DNA of 64,000 bases from a virus. The translations under genes were made by a program, and so were the position numbers. Below, piece after piece: positions 24,839 through 35,960 of the stretch (positions are counted from its first letter, which is position 1; each line of letters starts with the position of its first letter). Under the pieces are notes generated by a model that made no database searches, had not been told where the DNA came from, and saw only the letters and a list, made by a program, of their open reading frames with translations. The DNA lies in the IMG/VR virus record IMGVR_UViG_3300042691_032761; one strand, written 5' to 3'.

Positions 24839-24889
24839 GGTGTATATCATTAATTATATTACATTAGAATTACAATCAAATTAAATAAT

Positions 24890-27073
24890 ATGGCTAAAAA
24901 ATATCCAAAAAGCGAAGCTATTCAGGACGCATCTTTGATAGGAGCAGAAGCATATGTTGCTTGGGGTGATGATTTAGCAAGTAAAAGAGAAGCATTAAAA
25001 GCATCTTCTGAATCCTTAACAGAATTTACTGGAGTACAAAAAAGTTCCGCTGGCATGACCGCCAGATTTAGAGACTATTCTGGTTTGACCACAAATACTG
25101 ATGGAAGACCAGGATTTTTAAAATCTGACTATGATTATTTTAGACCAGATGAAGCTGTTCCTGTAAAGCAAAAAGAAATTATAGCAAGAGCGGAACAAAT
25201 TTATCAAAGAGTTGGTTTAGTTAAAAATATCATTGATCTCATGGGAGATTTTGCTGTCCAAGGAATCAGACTTTCTCATAAAAATAAAAGAATAGAAAGA
25301 TTCTATAGAAGATGGTTTAAAAAAGTTAATGGTAAAGATCGAAGCGAAAGATTTTTAAATAATCTATATAAAACTGGCAATGTTATTATCAATAAACAAA
25401 CAGCAAAAATCAGTTTAAAGGTGACAGAAAATCTTTACAAGAGTTTAGGATCTCCTGATTTACAGATTACAGAAATGGAAGAGATCAAAGTTGAAAAAAG
25501 AGAAATTCCTTGGAGATATACTTTTCTAGATCCTCTGGTAGTAGAGGTTGCTTCAGGACCATTAGCATCATTTGTTCAGAGAAAACAATATCAACTCTTA
25601 TTGCCAGCAACGTTAAGAAAATTAATTAACTCTCCTAAAACTGATGCTGATAGAAATATTGTAAATAATTTGCCAACTCAAATTATAGAAGCAGCAAAAA
25701 ACAAAAAACCATATCCATTGGATCCAGATAAAACATTAGTGTTTCATTACAAAAAAGATGATTGGCAGCCATGGGCCTATCCAATGATTTATGCTATTAT
25801 GGATGATATTAATGTAATAGAAAAACTAAAACTAGCAGATATGGCAGCTCTAGATGGTGCAATAAGTAATATTAGAATCTTTAAGCTTGGTAGTTTAGAG
25901 CATAAAATTGCCCCCACCAAAGCAGCAACAGCCAAGCTAGCACAAATTTTAGGAAATAACGTTGGTGGTGGAACAATGGATCTTGTTTGGGGGCCAGACA
26001 TAGAGTTAATAGAAAGCAATACTAATGTACATAATTTCCTTGGTGAAGGAAAATATATTCCACATTTAAATAGTATATACGCTGGTCTAGGAATTCCTCC
26101 AACTCTCACAGGAACATTTGGTGCTTCTGGAACAACTAATAACTTTATATCATTAAAGACATTAACACAAAGACTACAATATGGTAGAGATATTTTAATT
26201 TCTTTTTGGGAAGCAGAAATAGCATTAGTTCAAAAAGCAATGGGATTTAGATATCCAGCAAAAATAGAATTTGATAGGATGGACCTAAGCAATGAGGACG
26301 CAGAGAAAGCACTATTAGTACAATTAGCTGATAGAAACTTAATTAGTGACGAATTATTGCAAACAAGATTTGGATTTGATCCAGAAATGGAAAAGAGTAG
26401 ACTCAATAGAGAAAATAAAGAAAGAGATAGTGAACGCATGGTTCCAAAAGCTGGTCCATGGTATGATCCTCAGTTTGAAAATTCTTTAAAGAAAATTGCA
26501 TTACAATCAGGAGCAGTATCTCCTAGTCAAGTTGGTCTTGAATTAGAAAAGAAGAAATCTGGAGAAAAAGCCGCCCTCGAAATGAAAACACCTACGAATC
26601 CAACAAAGTTGGCAAAAGATTCGCCAGAATCTTTGCCAAAAGAAGCTGGAGAAGGAAGACCCAAACTATCAAGGGACTCTCAGAAACGAAAGCAAAAAAC
26701 ATTTACGCCACAAACAGGCGCAAGTCTTTTGATTTGGACTAATCAAGCTCAAGATAAAATTAGTGAAACTTTAAATCCAATATTATTAGATTTTTATAAT
26801 AAGAAAAATTTAAGAAGTTTATCTAAAGCTGAAATAGAGGAAGCAGAAAATATCAGAACAAAAATTTTGTTTAGTTTTCAGCCATTTGCCTCTATTACCG
26901 AAGAAAAAATAATTGCTGCATTCACGAATATAAATAATCCAGAGTTTACCACGGTCATGTCAACATATAATAATTGGCTAAATAACCTTAAACATCAACT
27001 GCATAAAGAATTGTCCGTTGAAGATCTTAAACAAGCCAAAGCTTCTTTCTATTGTTCGGTGTATTCGAAGTAA
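24890..27073 (+). CDS. portal protein
   Basis: Position after TerL; helical content; GLGIPPTL motif; size. Confidence 0.8.
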   Translation: MAKKYPKSEAIQDASLIGAEAYVAWGDDLASKREALKASSESLTEFTGVQKSSAGMTARFRDYSGLTTNTDGRPGFLKSDYDYFRPDEAVPVKQKEIIARAEQIYQRVGLVKNIIDLMGDFAVQGIRLSHKNKRIERFYRRWFKKVNGKDRSERFLNNLYKTGNVIINKQTAKISLKVTENLYKSLGSPDLQITEMEEIKVEKREIPWRYTFLDPLVVEVASGPLASFVQRKQYQLLLPATLRKLINSPKTDADRNIVNNLPTQIIEAAKNKKPYPLDPDKTLVFHYKKDDWQPWAYPMIYAIMDDINVIEKLKLADMAALDGAISNIRIFKLGSLEHKIAPTKAATAKLAQILGNNVGGGTMDLVWGPDIELIESNTNVHNFLGEGKYIPHLNSIYAGLGIPPTLTGTFGASGTTNNFISLKTLTQRLQYGRDILISFWEAEIALVQKAMGFRYPAKIEFDRMDLSNEDAEKALLVQLADRNLISDELLQTRFGFDPEMEKSRLNRENKERDSERMVPKAGPWYDPQFENSLKKIALQSGAVSPSQVGLELEKKKSGEKAALEMKTPTNPTKLAKDSPESLPKEAGEGRPKLSRDSQKRKQKTFTPQTGASLLIWTNQAQDKISETLNPILLDFYNKKNLRSLSKAEIEEAENIRTKILFSFQPFASITEEKIIAAFTNINNPEFTTVMSTYNNWLNNLKHQLHKELSVEDLKQAKASFYCSVYSK

Positions 27074-27097
27074 TCTATCCTATAAAAAGAGGTTATC

Positions 27098-28579
27098 ATG
27101 AAAATTTTTGCTCAAGAAATTGAAGACGGCCTAGAAGAAAAATTAAAGACCTCGGCTTCTATTTCCTACGCTTCTGTTGCAGAACCATGCGATTCTGACT
27201 CAACAATTAAACATATTAAAAGTATTGCATCTATAAATGATAATGATCTTTATTATGTTCAATCAATTTTAGTTAGTTCATCTTGGAATAAAAATGATGA
27301 CATATTTGATAAAAATGAAGTTTGGGAAGCAAGAAATACTCCAGAAGATAAGCCAACAAATCTTGAGCATGATGAAAATACTATTATCGGTCATATAACA
27401 TCAAATTGGCCAATCACAGAGGATGGAATTTTAATTGATGAAAATACTCCTTTAGAAAATATACCAGAAAAATTTCATATATTAACAGGATCTGTAATTT
27501 ACAAATCTTTTTCCAATCCAGAACTCAAAGCCAGATCTGCACAACTTATAGAGGAAATAGAATCTGGACAAAAATTTGTTAGTATGGAATGCTATTTTAA
27601 GAATTTTGATTATGGAATAATAGATAAAACTTCAGGATCATATAAAGTTTTAGAAAGAAATGAAGATACCTCTTATTTAACAAAATTTTTAAGAGCATAT
27701 GGAGGTATGGGAGAGCACGAAAACTATAAAATAGGTAGAGTATTAAGGAATATCACATTTTCTGGCAAAGGCTTTGTTAATAAACCAGCCAATCCAGACA
27801 GTATCATTTTTAGTAAAAATATGATCGTTGATGACAACAATAAAAATATTACAGAAAAAACAAGCAATTTAACAAATGCAGGTGTATTTAATAATCAGTC
27901 CAATCCAAATGTGGAGAATAATACTATGAATCTAGAACAACAGATCGCTGACCTTGCCGAAAAAGTTGCATTATTCGCGGATGCCTCAGCACTAAAAGAA
28001 AAAACAGTAGAATTAGAAAACACAATCAAGGCTCAAGAAGTTGCTTTGACTGAAGCTCAAGCTGCCATTGAAGTAGCAAATTCAGAAAAAGAATTAGCTG
28101 CTAAGAAAATGGAAGACGAAATGAAAAAGAAAGACGAAGAAATGAGCAAGGTCAAGTCAGAACTTGATTCAGCTAACGAAGTTATAGCAGGATATATGCA
28201 AAAAGAGCAAGAAATGATGAAGAAAGAGAAGAAAATGAAGAGAATGGCTTCTCTCATTGAGGCTGGGTTAGACAATGAAGCTGCTTCTGCTACAGCAGAT
28301 AAGTTTGAGTCATTAGATGACGAAGCCTTTACTGCAATGACAACTCTATTTGCTGCTAAAATGCCTCCTTGGTTAGAGAAAAAGAAAAAAGATGAAGAAG
28401 CCAAACCAAAAGCTTCTGAAGTTGTTAATACAGAAGAAGCACTAGAGAATGCAGAAGCTGATACAGATCTCAATCTCAGTGTTAGTAGCGATGAAGATTC
28501 TCAAATCGAATCAACTCGCGCAGCATTAGTAGAATTCGTTTGTGCTAGACTCGGTAAAAAACTCAATAAGGGAGAATAA
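27098..28579 (+). CDS. prohead protease-scaffold fusion
   Basis: NKNDD, NLEH, VSMEC, FSGKGFVNKPANP protease motifs; acidic coiled-coil C-terminal half. Confidence 0.8.
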   Translation: MKIFAQEIEDGLEEKLKTSASISYASVAEPCDSDSTIKHIKSIASINDNDLYYVQSILVSSSWNKNDDIFDKNEVWEARNTPEDKPTNLEHDENTIIGHITSNWPITEDGILIDENTPLENIPEKFHILTGSVIYKSFSNPELKARSAQLIEEIESGQKFVSMECYFKNFDYGIIDKTSGSYKVLERNEDTSYLTKFLRAYGGMGEHENYKIGRVLRNITFSGKGFVNKPANPDSIIFSKNMIVDDNNKNITEKTSNLTNAGVFNNQSNPNVENNTMNLEQQIADLAEKVALFADASALKEKTVELENTIKAQEVALTEAQAAIEVANSEKELAAKKMEDEMKKKDEEMSKVKSELDSANEVIAGYMQKEQEMMKKEKKMKRMASLIEAGLDNEAASATADKFESLDDEAFTAMTTLFAAKMPPWLEKKKKDEEAKPKASEVVNTEEALENAEADTDLNLSVSSDEDSQIESTRAALVEFVCARLGKKLNKGE

Positions 28580-28581
28580 AA

Positions 28582-29037
28582 ATGGCTCTTAAACCAGATC
28601 GTATCGAATTTCTTTCAGATATCTCATTTTTCATGACATCAACAGCTGAACGCGGTGGTGTTGCTACTGTTGTAACAACCAGTAGCGGTGTTGGTGTCTC
28701 TATGGACGATGCTAACGCTGTAGTAAGCTATGCATCAAGTCCATCTGGCGCTAAGCCAGTAGGTATTCTATTAAATGATGTTGTTAGTCTTGATCTAACA
28801 AGACAGCACATCAACTGGCACCGTGATGAAGTACAAGTTGGCGGCAAGGTCGCTTTACTTCGCAATGGTCAGGTTACAACCAATTTAGTCGGCGGTACTC
28901 CAAGTGCTGGTGCTGATGCTTATGTTGCCGCAAGCGGCTATATTAGCTCTGTTCAAGCAACTGGTGCTGTTAAAATCGGTCAGTTTTTGAGTGCCAAAGA
29001 CTCCGATGGTTACGCAAAAGTCTCTGTAAATCTTTAA
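28582..29037 (+). CDS. capsid decoration/cement protein
   Basis: Between scaffold and MCP; small beta-rich protein with PVGILL and GQVTT. Confidence 0.65.
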   Translation: MALKPDRIEFLSDISFFMTSTAERGGVATVVTTSSGVGVSMDDANAVVSYASSPSGAKPVGILLNDVVSLDLTRQHINWHRDEVQVGGKVALLRNGQVTTNLVGGTPSAGADAYVAASGYISSVQATGAVKIGQFLSAKDSDGYAKVSVNL

Positions 29038-29055
29038 TCTATAAGGGAGAAAAAC

Positions 29056-30075
29056 ATGTCAGGTAACACCAAAGTATTTCAACCAACACCAGAACTAACA
29101 GATCTTCTTGTTCGTTCTGGCTCACTAAAGAAAGAAGAGGCTCTTGCGGCCAATGCTGAATTTGCAAAGGCACTAGAGTTACCACTTCGTCAAGGTATTC
29201 TAAATGGCGATATTCTTGATGGTATTTTCGAGCCAATTCAATTAGCTCAAAGTGCTACCCCAGAATTTCCATTAGACTTCCTTGCTCCTGGTACCGAAAG
29301 AAATTTCGTTGCTTATACCATTCCTAACCACGGATATATTCCAGAGCGTCACGTTGAAGGCGATTACGTCATGGTTCCAACCTATGACATCGGCTCCTCA
29401 ATCGACTATCTCTTAAAGTATGCTCGTGATGCTCGCTGGGATGTTGTTGGTCGCGCAATGGAAGTTCTAGAGGCTTCGTTTGTTAAGAAGATGAATGATG
29501 ATGGCTGGCATACTTTACTTGCTGCTGGCGTTGATCGCAATATCGTAGTTTACGATAGCGATGCTTCTGCTGGTCAGTTCACTAAGCGTTTAGTAAGTCT
29601 TATGAAGACTGTTATGAGACGTAACGGTGGCGGTAACTCTGCTAGTAACAATCGTGGTCTACTAACAGATCTTTATGTTTCTCCAGAAGCTATGGAAGAC
29701 ATTCGCAACTGGGGTGTTGATCAACTTGACGAGGTTACTCGTCGTGAGATCTATACCGCTGCTGATGGTAGTGTTAACCGTATCTTCGGCGTTAATCTCC
29801 ATGATCGTGATGAACTTGGAGAAGGTCAAGAATATCAACTATTCTATAGTAATGTACTAAGTGGTACTCTTCCATCTAGTCCAAATCAGAAAGTAGAACT
29901 AGTTGTTGGTCTCGATCTACGCAAGAGAGATAGTTTCATTATGCCAGTTCGTCAAGAAGTTCAAATCTTCGAAGACGATACTCTACATCGTCAAAAGAGA
30001 GCTGGTTTCTACGGCTGGGCAGAGCAAGGCTTTGCTGTTCTAGATAACCGTAGAGTTCTATTAGGCGCTCTCTAA
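29056..30075 (+). CDS. major capsid protein (HK97 fold)
   Basis: Position, 339 aa, strong codon bias, strong terminator after it. Confidence 0.85.
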   Translation: MSGNTKVFQPTPELTDLLVRSGSLKKEEALAANAEFAKALELPLRQGILNGDILDGIFEPIQLAQSATPEFPLDFLAPGTERNFVAYTIPNHGYIPERHVEGDYVMVPTYDIGSSIDYLLKYARDARWDVVGRAMEVLEASFVKKMNDDGWHTLLAAGVDRNIVVYDSDASAGQFTKRLVSLMKTVMRRNGGGNSASNNRGLLTDLYVSPEAMEDIRNWGVDQLDEVTRREIYTAADGSVNRIFGVNLHDRDELGEGQEYQLFYSNVLSGTLPSSPNQKVELVVGLDLRKRDSFIMPVRQEVQIFEDDTLHRQKRAGFYGWAEQGFAVLDNRRVLLGAL

Positions 30076-30103
30076 TCATAACTGGCACTAGTTAGAAGAA
30101 GAT

Positions 30104-30138
30104 AGGATCGGGGAGAAATCCCCGGTCCTTCTTTTTTT
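30104..30138 (+). terminator. intrinsic terminator after MCP
   Basis: AGGATCGGGGA-GAAA-TCCCCGGTCCT followed by T-tract. Confidence 0.9.
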
Positions 30139-30220
30139 ATATAGTGTTTCATTGGTGTATTTTATATATATAAGCGCTTATAAAAATTAACTAGGCCATT
30201 TACAATAATAGGGCCCAATT

Positions 30221-30628
30221 ATGGCTGCAAGCAAATATGACTTTGCTATCGAACAAGGTTCATCGTTCAAAATATCATTAATCTATAAAGACCCTAATGG
30301 AGATGCTATTAATTTAACAAATTGGTGTGCTAGACTCATATGGAAAACCAACACCAACATAACCCAGGTCTTCACAACAGAGAATGATGACTACGGTGTA
30401 TATAAATTCACAATAGATGAAGTTGCTGGTAAATTAACATTAATGATTCCAGCTAGTAAAACAAATGAATTTATCTTTAACACAGCAAAATATGATCTGG
30501 AGCTTCAGTCCCCAGATGATCTATATGGTGGAGGAGGAGGTAAATATATTATTCGTTTATTATATGGAACAATAACAATAATTAAGAGATTTAGTCAGTC
30601 TGCAACTCTATTAGAGTGTTCGCCATGA
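30221..30628 (+). CDS. virion structural protein (Ig/BppU-N-like); paralogue of 38244-38681
   Basis: YDFAIEQGSSF...INLTNW...AKYDLEL. Confidence 0.6.
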   Translation: MAASKYDFAIEQGSSFKISLIYKDPNGDAINLTNWCARLIWKTNTNITQVFTTENDDYGVYKFTIDEVAGKLTLMIPASKTNEFIFNTAKYDLELQSPDDLYGGGGGKYIIRLLYGTITIIKRFSQSATLLECSP

Positions 30629-30930
30629 GTTCACAATTTATAATAGAAATTGCTGAGCCAGTGACTAATACTATTCAAATAGAGACGAGCTTCTTGGATA
30701 CTGTAACAGATTCTGTTGAGGTAGAAAGATATGATATTTTTAATGTTGAAATAACAAATAATGCTATAGTTTTAGCTAGTGATTTACCAGACGATATTCC
30801 TATGACTAAAATTATTGGTAATTTATCTATACAAAGAATAGATTTTGGAGTACCATTCGGAATTGGAATTAGCGGTTTGGGAGCATTTTTAGATGATTAT
30901 GATTATGATTTTGATTGTGGCACACCATAA
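30616..30930 (+). CDS. virion protein
   Basis: Acidic; ends DCGTP like the neighbouring fibre (NGGTP). Confidence 0.6.
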   Translation: MFAMSSQFIIEIAEPVTNTIQIETSFLDTVTDSVEVERYDIFNVEITNNAIVLASDLPDDIPMTKIIGNLSIQRIDFGVPFGIGISGLGAFLDDYDYDFDCGTP

Positions 30931-30948
30931 CTAACCGGAGTATACAAA

Positions 30949-32940
30949 ATGCCAGTTCAAACAAGAATTCAAATAAGAAGAGGCACCACAGCTGAATGGG
31001 CCAGTTCTGCTAATAGTTTAGGCAATGGCATTTTATACCAAGGAGAGCTTGGATATGATACAGAAGCTAAGATATTCAAAATTGGAGATGGAACTACACA
31101 TTGGACTAATTTAGCTTCAGCTGGAGGATCTGTTCCAGGAGCAGGAAGTGGTATGATTATTGTTCCTAGTGGGACTAATCAGTATGCTTTTCATAGCATT
31201 ATAGTCCCCTCTGGAAGCGGAGTATCAGCAACACTAGTTTCCGCATCTTCTGGCTCATACTATTCGATTAATCTAAATGAAAAATTAAGAGATATTGCAG
31301 CTTTATCTTCTCAGGGCTTTATAGTTAACAATGGAGCTTCTGATGTTTACGAGAGAACACTTGCTAGTGGATCTAACATATTATTAACAAATGCTAATGG
31401 TGTTGCAGGAAATCCAACAATATCTTTAAATAGTAATTTAACTGGTATATCTAATATTAGTGCTACTGGAGGATTAACAATTAGTGGTGGCTCTGGTGGA
31501 GAGGTTACTGTAGACGATGATCTTACAGTCACTGGTTTATTAACTGTCAATGATATATCTATTAATATTGCTGCAGAAATCTTAGCCCAAGGATCAATAA
31601 CATATTCTGGTAATCCAACAAGATTTCAGGGAGATGTTTATTTTGATAATATTCCAAAGGTTGGACCAACAGGAGATGGTGGAATATATGCTACAGGAGT
31701 TAGTTTAAGTGGACACAAGCATATATATTCAGATATTACAGATTTCTGTTCTGGTGTCGCAACGTGTGTTGATACATCTTTACTCGCTGGTACTGGTATT
31801 CAATTTATATCTGGAGCCAATTCGTTAACGATAGCGCTGTCCGGACAAGCTCTTAATTTACATAATTATACCGGCACTGGTATTATGGTTAGAGATAATG
31901 CTGGAAATTTTTATAATAGAGCTATCACAACTTCTAACAATAATATTGTATTAACTGATGCCGATGGAGTTGCTGGAAATCCTAGTGTTAGTCTAAACAA
32001 CACAATTACTGGATTAACAAGCGTCACATCAGATATCTTATCCACAACAAATATTACCACAAACAAAGTATTTAGTAGCGGATCAACTGTCACTATTGAT
32101 GCTCCAAATGTTAGTGTAACAGGCAATCTTAGTGTCGGAGGAAACGTACTAATAAATGGAACTGGAGTATTGGTACAAAGTACTGTTGTTGTTGTTGATG
32201 ATCCTATTTTTACTCTTGGTGGTTCGGGAATAGCTCTAAATGATAGTAAAGATCGAGGTATTGAATTTAAATATAATGACGGATCCTCAAGGGTTGGATT
32301 TTTTGGATATCAAGATAGTAGCGATAAATTTATATTTTTAAGACAAGCAACAAATACTAATGAAGTTTTTAGTGGAACAAAAGGTGAAATTGATGCTTAT
32401 CTCAATTGGTCAAATCTAACTGGAAATATTCCAGATCCAACAGTAACTGTAACTCTCAATGGAGCAGTGTCTGGTAGTGCAAACGGAACCATAACAAATC
32501 TTTCTGGTAATCCAACCATTACTATTAATGCTAGTATGGGTAATGACCAAGTGACTCTTGGCACTCATACTGTGGGTAATTATGTAGCATCAATAACTAA
32601 TGGTAATTATCTTACTGGAGGAAATGGAGGTAGTGAGGGCGCAGCATTAACATTGGCTGTGGACGCAACATCATCAAATACTGCTAGTAAAGTAGTTGCT
32701 AGAGATTCTAATGGTAATTTTAGTGCTGGAACTATAACTGCAACTGGATTTATTGGTAGTGGATCAGGATTAACTGATTTAAATGCATCTAATTTAACTA
32801 CTGGAATAGTTTCTTCTGCTAGACTCAGTGGAACATACAACATTTCAGTCACAGGAGTTGTTCCAGGAACAAGTGGAATGTTATTACAAAGTGATGGTGT
32901 TGTATCGTATTGGGGATGGATTAATGGTGGAACTCCTTGA
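30949..32940 (+). CDS. fibre protein with Mtd-N/hyaluronidase-N-like anchor
   Basis: RIQIRRGTTAEW...GELGYDT...KIGDG; Gly/Ser/Thr-rich repeats. Confidence 0.75.
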   Translation: MPVQTRIQIRRGTTAEWASSANSLGNGILYQGELGYDTEAKIFKIGDGTTHWTNLASAGGSVPGAGSGMIIVPSGTNQYAFHSIIVPSGSGVSATLVSASSGSYYSINLNEKLRDIAALSSQGFIVNNGASDVYERTLASGSNILLTNANGVAGNPTISLNSNLTGISNISATGGLTISGGSGGEVTVDDDLTVTGLLTVNDISINIAAEILAQGSITYSGNPTRFQGDVYFDNIPKVGPTGDGGIYATGVSLSGHKHIYSDITDFCSGVATCVDTSLLAGTGIQFISGANSLTIALSGQALNLHNYTGTGIMVRDNAGNFYNRAITTSNNNIVLTDADGVAGNPSVSLNNTITGLTSVTSDILSTTNITTNKVFSSGSTVTIDAPNVSVTGNLSVGGNVLINGTGVLVQSTVVVVDDPIFTLGGSGIALNDSKDRGIEFKYNDGSSRVGFFGYQDSSDKFIFLRQATNTNEVFSGTKGEIDAYLNWSNLTGNIPDPTVTVTLNGAVSGSANGTITNLSGNPTITINASMGNDQVTLGTHTVGNYVASITNGNYLTGGNGGSEGAALTLAVDATSSNTASKVVARDSNGNFSAGTITATGFIGSGSGLTDLNASNLTTGIVSSARLSGTYNISVTGVVPGTSGMLLQSDGVVSYWGWINGGTP

Positions 32941-33018
32941 TAGTATATAATTAGACATTTTTAGTCTAATATTTACTATAAATTTATTAGGACTAACAAC
33001 TAATTTAAAAGTATTATT

Positions 33019-35568
33019 ATGCCAAGACACAATCTTATATCATTACGATCAGGAACAGAAAATCAATGGACTTCTACTAATCCTATTTTATCTAGTGGTG
33101 AACCAGGATTCGAAATAGATACCGGACGTGTCAAGATAGGCAATGGAACAACAGCATGGAGTGGATTGTATTATAATTCTATTATTCCAACAGGATTAAT
33201 TGCTGGAAATAATATCAATATAAATCTAGGAACAAATGGATCTACCGCAACAATAGGGGTTAGTGGATCCGTACAACAGTCAGAGTCTTTGGTAACTAGT
33301 GTTTTTAATGAAACTGGTGCTACTCTTTCCAAGATGACTGCTGTTTATATTAATGGTGGTCACGGAGATTTGCCAACTATCCAAAAGGCTATTGCTACTA
33401 GTGATATTACTAGCGCTGGCACCTATGGACTAGTATATCAAGATATTGATAATATGGAAATTGGTCAAGTTGTAGTTTTTGGATTAATGGGAGGAGTCAA
33501 TACTGATCCTGCTCATGGAGGCATTGCTGGTGCTACAGAGGGCTCTGTGCTATATCTTAGTCCCACAGTTTCAGGTGCTATTACAACTACGAAACCATAT
33601 GCCCCTGACCATATTGTTTCTATTGGTACCGTTGTTAGAGTTCATCAAAATGAGGGTGTTATAGAAGTTAGAGTTCAAAATGGATTTGAATTAGAAGAAC
33701 TACATAATGTTGCGGTTACTGGTGCTACAAATGGTCAGTTCTTGCAATATAATAGCGGTAGTGGATTATGGGTTCCTAGTAGTAGTGGAAACTTTACTTC
33801 ACTAAGCGTTAATAATACTGGAGTTGTAGTTGGTAGCGGTGGCTCTGCTGGGTATTTAAGTAAATTTACAAACTCAAACACTATAGAGAATAGTTCAATA
33901 TATCAAGAATTTTCTAATAAAATTAGAATAGGAGAAAATCAGCAAGGCTATATCGTTGTATCTGATGACTCTTATGGAGGAGAATTAGGAATATTAACTA
34001 ATCTTGATGAAGTTATAGCAATTAAATTCCAAGATGGATCTTTTAGATATGGCGGTGGATATGTTGGTGGAGAAAATATTGTTGTTGCTTCTAATGGGAA
34101 TGTTGGAATAGGAACCGACACGCCTACTGAAAAATTAACTGTTAATGGTAATGGTAATTTTATTGGAAATCTTACTGTTAGTGGCAATCTATCTCCAGGA
34201 TCCATTAGTGGAGTTGATCCTTTATACATACAGACACAAACGGCGAGTATGATCTTAAATGATTATACTATATTCTTACAAAATGATGCTAAGTCGCAAG
34301 GTAATTTTTATCTAGAAGGACCATCAATAGTACAAGATGCTTTGCTAGTAACAGATTCTGATAGAATCGTAACATCATTGTCTTCTCCCTCTTTAACAGA
34401 AATTGGTTATGTTGGCGGCGTTACTAGTAATATACAAACTCAATTAGATAGTAAACAAAATACACTAATAAATCCTATTACTGGTACTGGTGTAGCAAAT
34501 CATATTCCTTACTGGAGTAGCACTAGCGGATTGCTTGCTGATAGTAATCAGTTGGTTTGGGATAGTACTAATAATAGGTTGGGAATAGGAACAGCTAGTC
34601 CGACCAGCACATTACAAGTTAGCGGACTAATAACGGCTAATAGTGGAACATTTGAGTCTATTAATGTTACTGGCCCAGCCGTTTCTAGCGGTTCATTAGT
34701 ATCATTTACGCATCCAGATAATACCGGCTCTTCCGATTATGATGCAATTATTTCTGGACAATTACATCTTACTAGAAATGCAAATAATGGAATATATAAT
34801 TTAGCTACAGAGGCTAGCTGGGACCAAAGTTTAAGCCCATCTGGAACAATATGGAACAATGAAGGCTGGAGCAATCTAGAAAATTTTAAATCTAGAACAT
34901 ATTCTGCTTTATGGAGTGCTGTTGGTGGTCAGCTTGGATACAATCTTCCAGGTGCTGAATTGATAATGAAACACGTTGATACTAATAGATATTGGAAAGT
35001 TAAATTTACTAGCTGGACTCAAGGTGGCGGCGGCGGATTTGCTTATGAAAGACAAGAGATATTTATTGATAATGCTATGAATGTTAGTGGTAGTTCTAAT
35101 TTTAATGATTTATTAACTGCTAATAAGTTATCAGCAAGTGAATTAACTTGTGAAAAATTATCTGTTATTGGAGAAGATTTAACGGTTGGTGGTCAGACAC
35201 CAAGCATAAGCCTAAAAGGATATTCATGGTTTGGTAAAGTCGATGGATCTGTGGGCATAGCAGTTTCAGTTAATAATTCTGGAACATTTGGTAGTTCGTC
35301 AGCTTTTGCTACCTTTGGTGGATTTAATGAAAGCGTAACAGCATATACTCCTATGTGTTTTGCTTCTAATTTTTCGCCACAATTATATCTAAATACTAAT
35401 GGTAATGTTGGTATAAATAAAGCAACCCCATCACAAAAACTTGATGTCAATGGAAATATTAATATTAGTGAAAATTTAATCTTCAATAACAATACATCCT
35501 TGTCAGAATCTGAGTTAACAACTATAATAAATAGTAAAAATATATACATGTGGTCTAATTATATATAG
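33019..35568 (+). CDS. fibre protein with Mtd-N-like anchor
   Basis: LRSGTENQW...GEPGFEIDTGRVKIGNG; GNVGIGTxxP repeats. Confidence 0.75.
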   Translation: MPRHNLISLRSGTENQWTSTNPILSSGEPGFEIDTGRVKIGNGTTAWSGLYYNSIIPTGLIAGNNININLGTNGSTATIGVSGSVQQSESLVTSVFNETGATLSKMTAVYINGGHGDLPTIQKAIATSDITSAGTYGLVYQDIDNMEIGQVVVFGLMGGVNTDPAHGGIAGATEGSVLYLSPTVSGAITTTKPYAPDHIVSIGTVVRVHQNEGVIEVRVQNGFELEELHNVAVTGATNGQFLQYNSGSGLWVPSSSGNFTSLSVNNTGVVVGSGGSAGYLSKFTNSNTIENSSIYQEFSNKIRIGENQQGYIVVSDDSYGGELGILTNLDEVIAIKFQDGSFRYGGGYVGGENIVVASNGNVGIGTDTPTEKLTVNGNGNFIGNLTVSGNLSPGSISGVDPLYIQTQTASMILNDYTIFLQNDAKSQGNFYLEGPSIVQDALLVTDSDRIVTSLSSPSLTEIGYVGGVTSNIQTQLDSKQNTLINPITGTGVANHIPYWSSTSGLLADSNQLVWDSTNNRLGIGTASPTSTLQVSGLITANSGTFESINVTGPAVSSGSLVSFTHPDNTGSSDYDAIISGQLHLTRNANNGIYNLATEASWDQSLSPSGTIWNNEGWSNLENFKSRTYSALWSAVGGQLGYNLPGAELIMKHVDTNRYWKVKFTSWTQGGGGGFAYERQEIFIDNAMNVSGSSNFNDLLTANKLSASELTCEKLSVIGEDLTVGGQTPSISLKGYSWFGKVDGSVGIAVSVNNSGTFGSSSAFATFGGFNESVTAYTPMCFASNFSPQLYLNTNGNVGINKATPSQKLDVNGNINISENLIFNNNTSLSESELTTIINSKNIYMWSNYI

Positions 35569-35576
35569 GAGAAGAT

Positions 35577-35960
35577 ATGGCTACAGCACCAGTTTTTTCA
35601 GTAATTCCAAGAGTTGGTTTAGGACAGGTAAGCACCGCGAATACTAATAGAGATGGTACAGGTACTATAGCTACTATTTTAACTGGTGGCTCATCTGGTA
35701 CAAAAATTACAGAGATTGTTGTTGAGGCAACTGGCACAACGACCGCCGGAATGGTTAGAATATATCTAAATGATGGAACTAATACTAGATTATTTGATGA
35801 ATTTCTTGTCATAGCAGTAACTGCCGGTGCCTCAACTGTTGTTTATAGAGGATCAAGAGTTTATGAAAACTTAACTCTTCCAAATAATTCATGGAGTATA
35901 AGAGCCTCAACTCATAACGCTGAAACATTTAATGTGTTTGTATTAGGTGCTGATTTATGA
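35577..35960 (+). CDS. fibre-associated small protein
   Basis: Beta-rich; AGGAG RBS; precedes the Gly-rich protein. Confidence 0.6.
   Translation: MATAPVFSVIPRVGLGQVSTANTNRDGTGTIATILTGGSSGTKITEIVVEATGTTTAGMVRIYLNDGTNTRLFDEFLVIAVTAGASTVVYRGSRVYENLTLPNNSWSIRASTHNAETFNVFVLGADL

Noticed and set aside
30949-35568. Diversity-generating retroelement suggested by Mtd-N domains
   Set aside because: Mtd-N is only an anchor domain; no reverse transcriptase or TR/VR pair is seen in the window.
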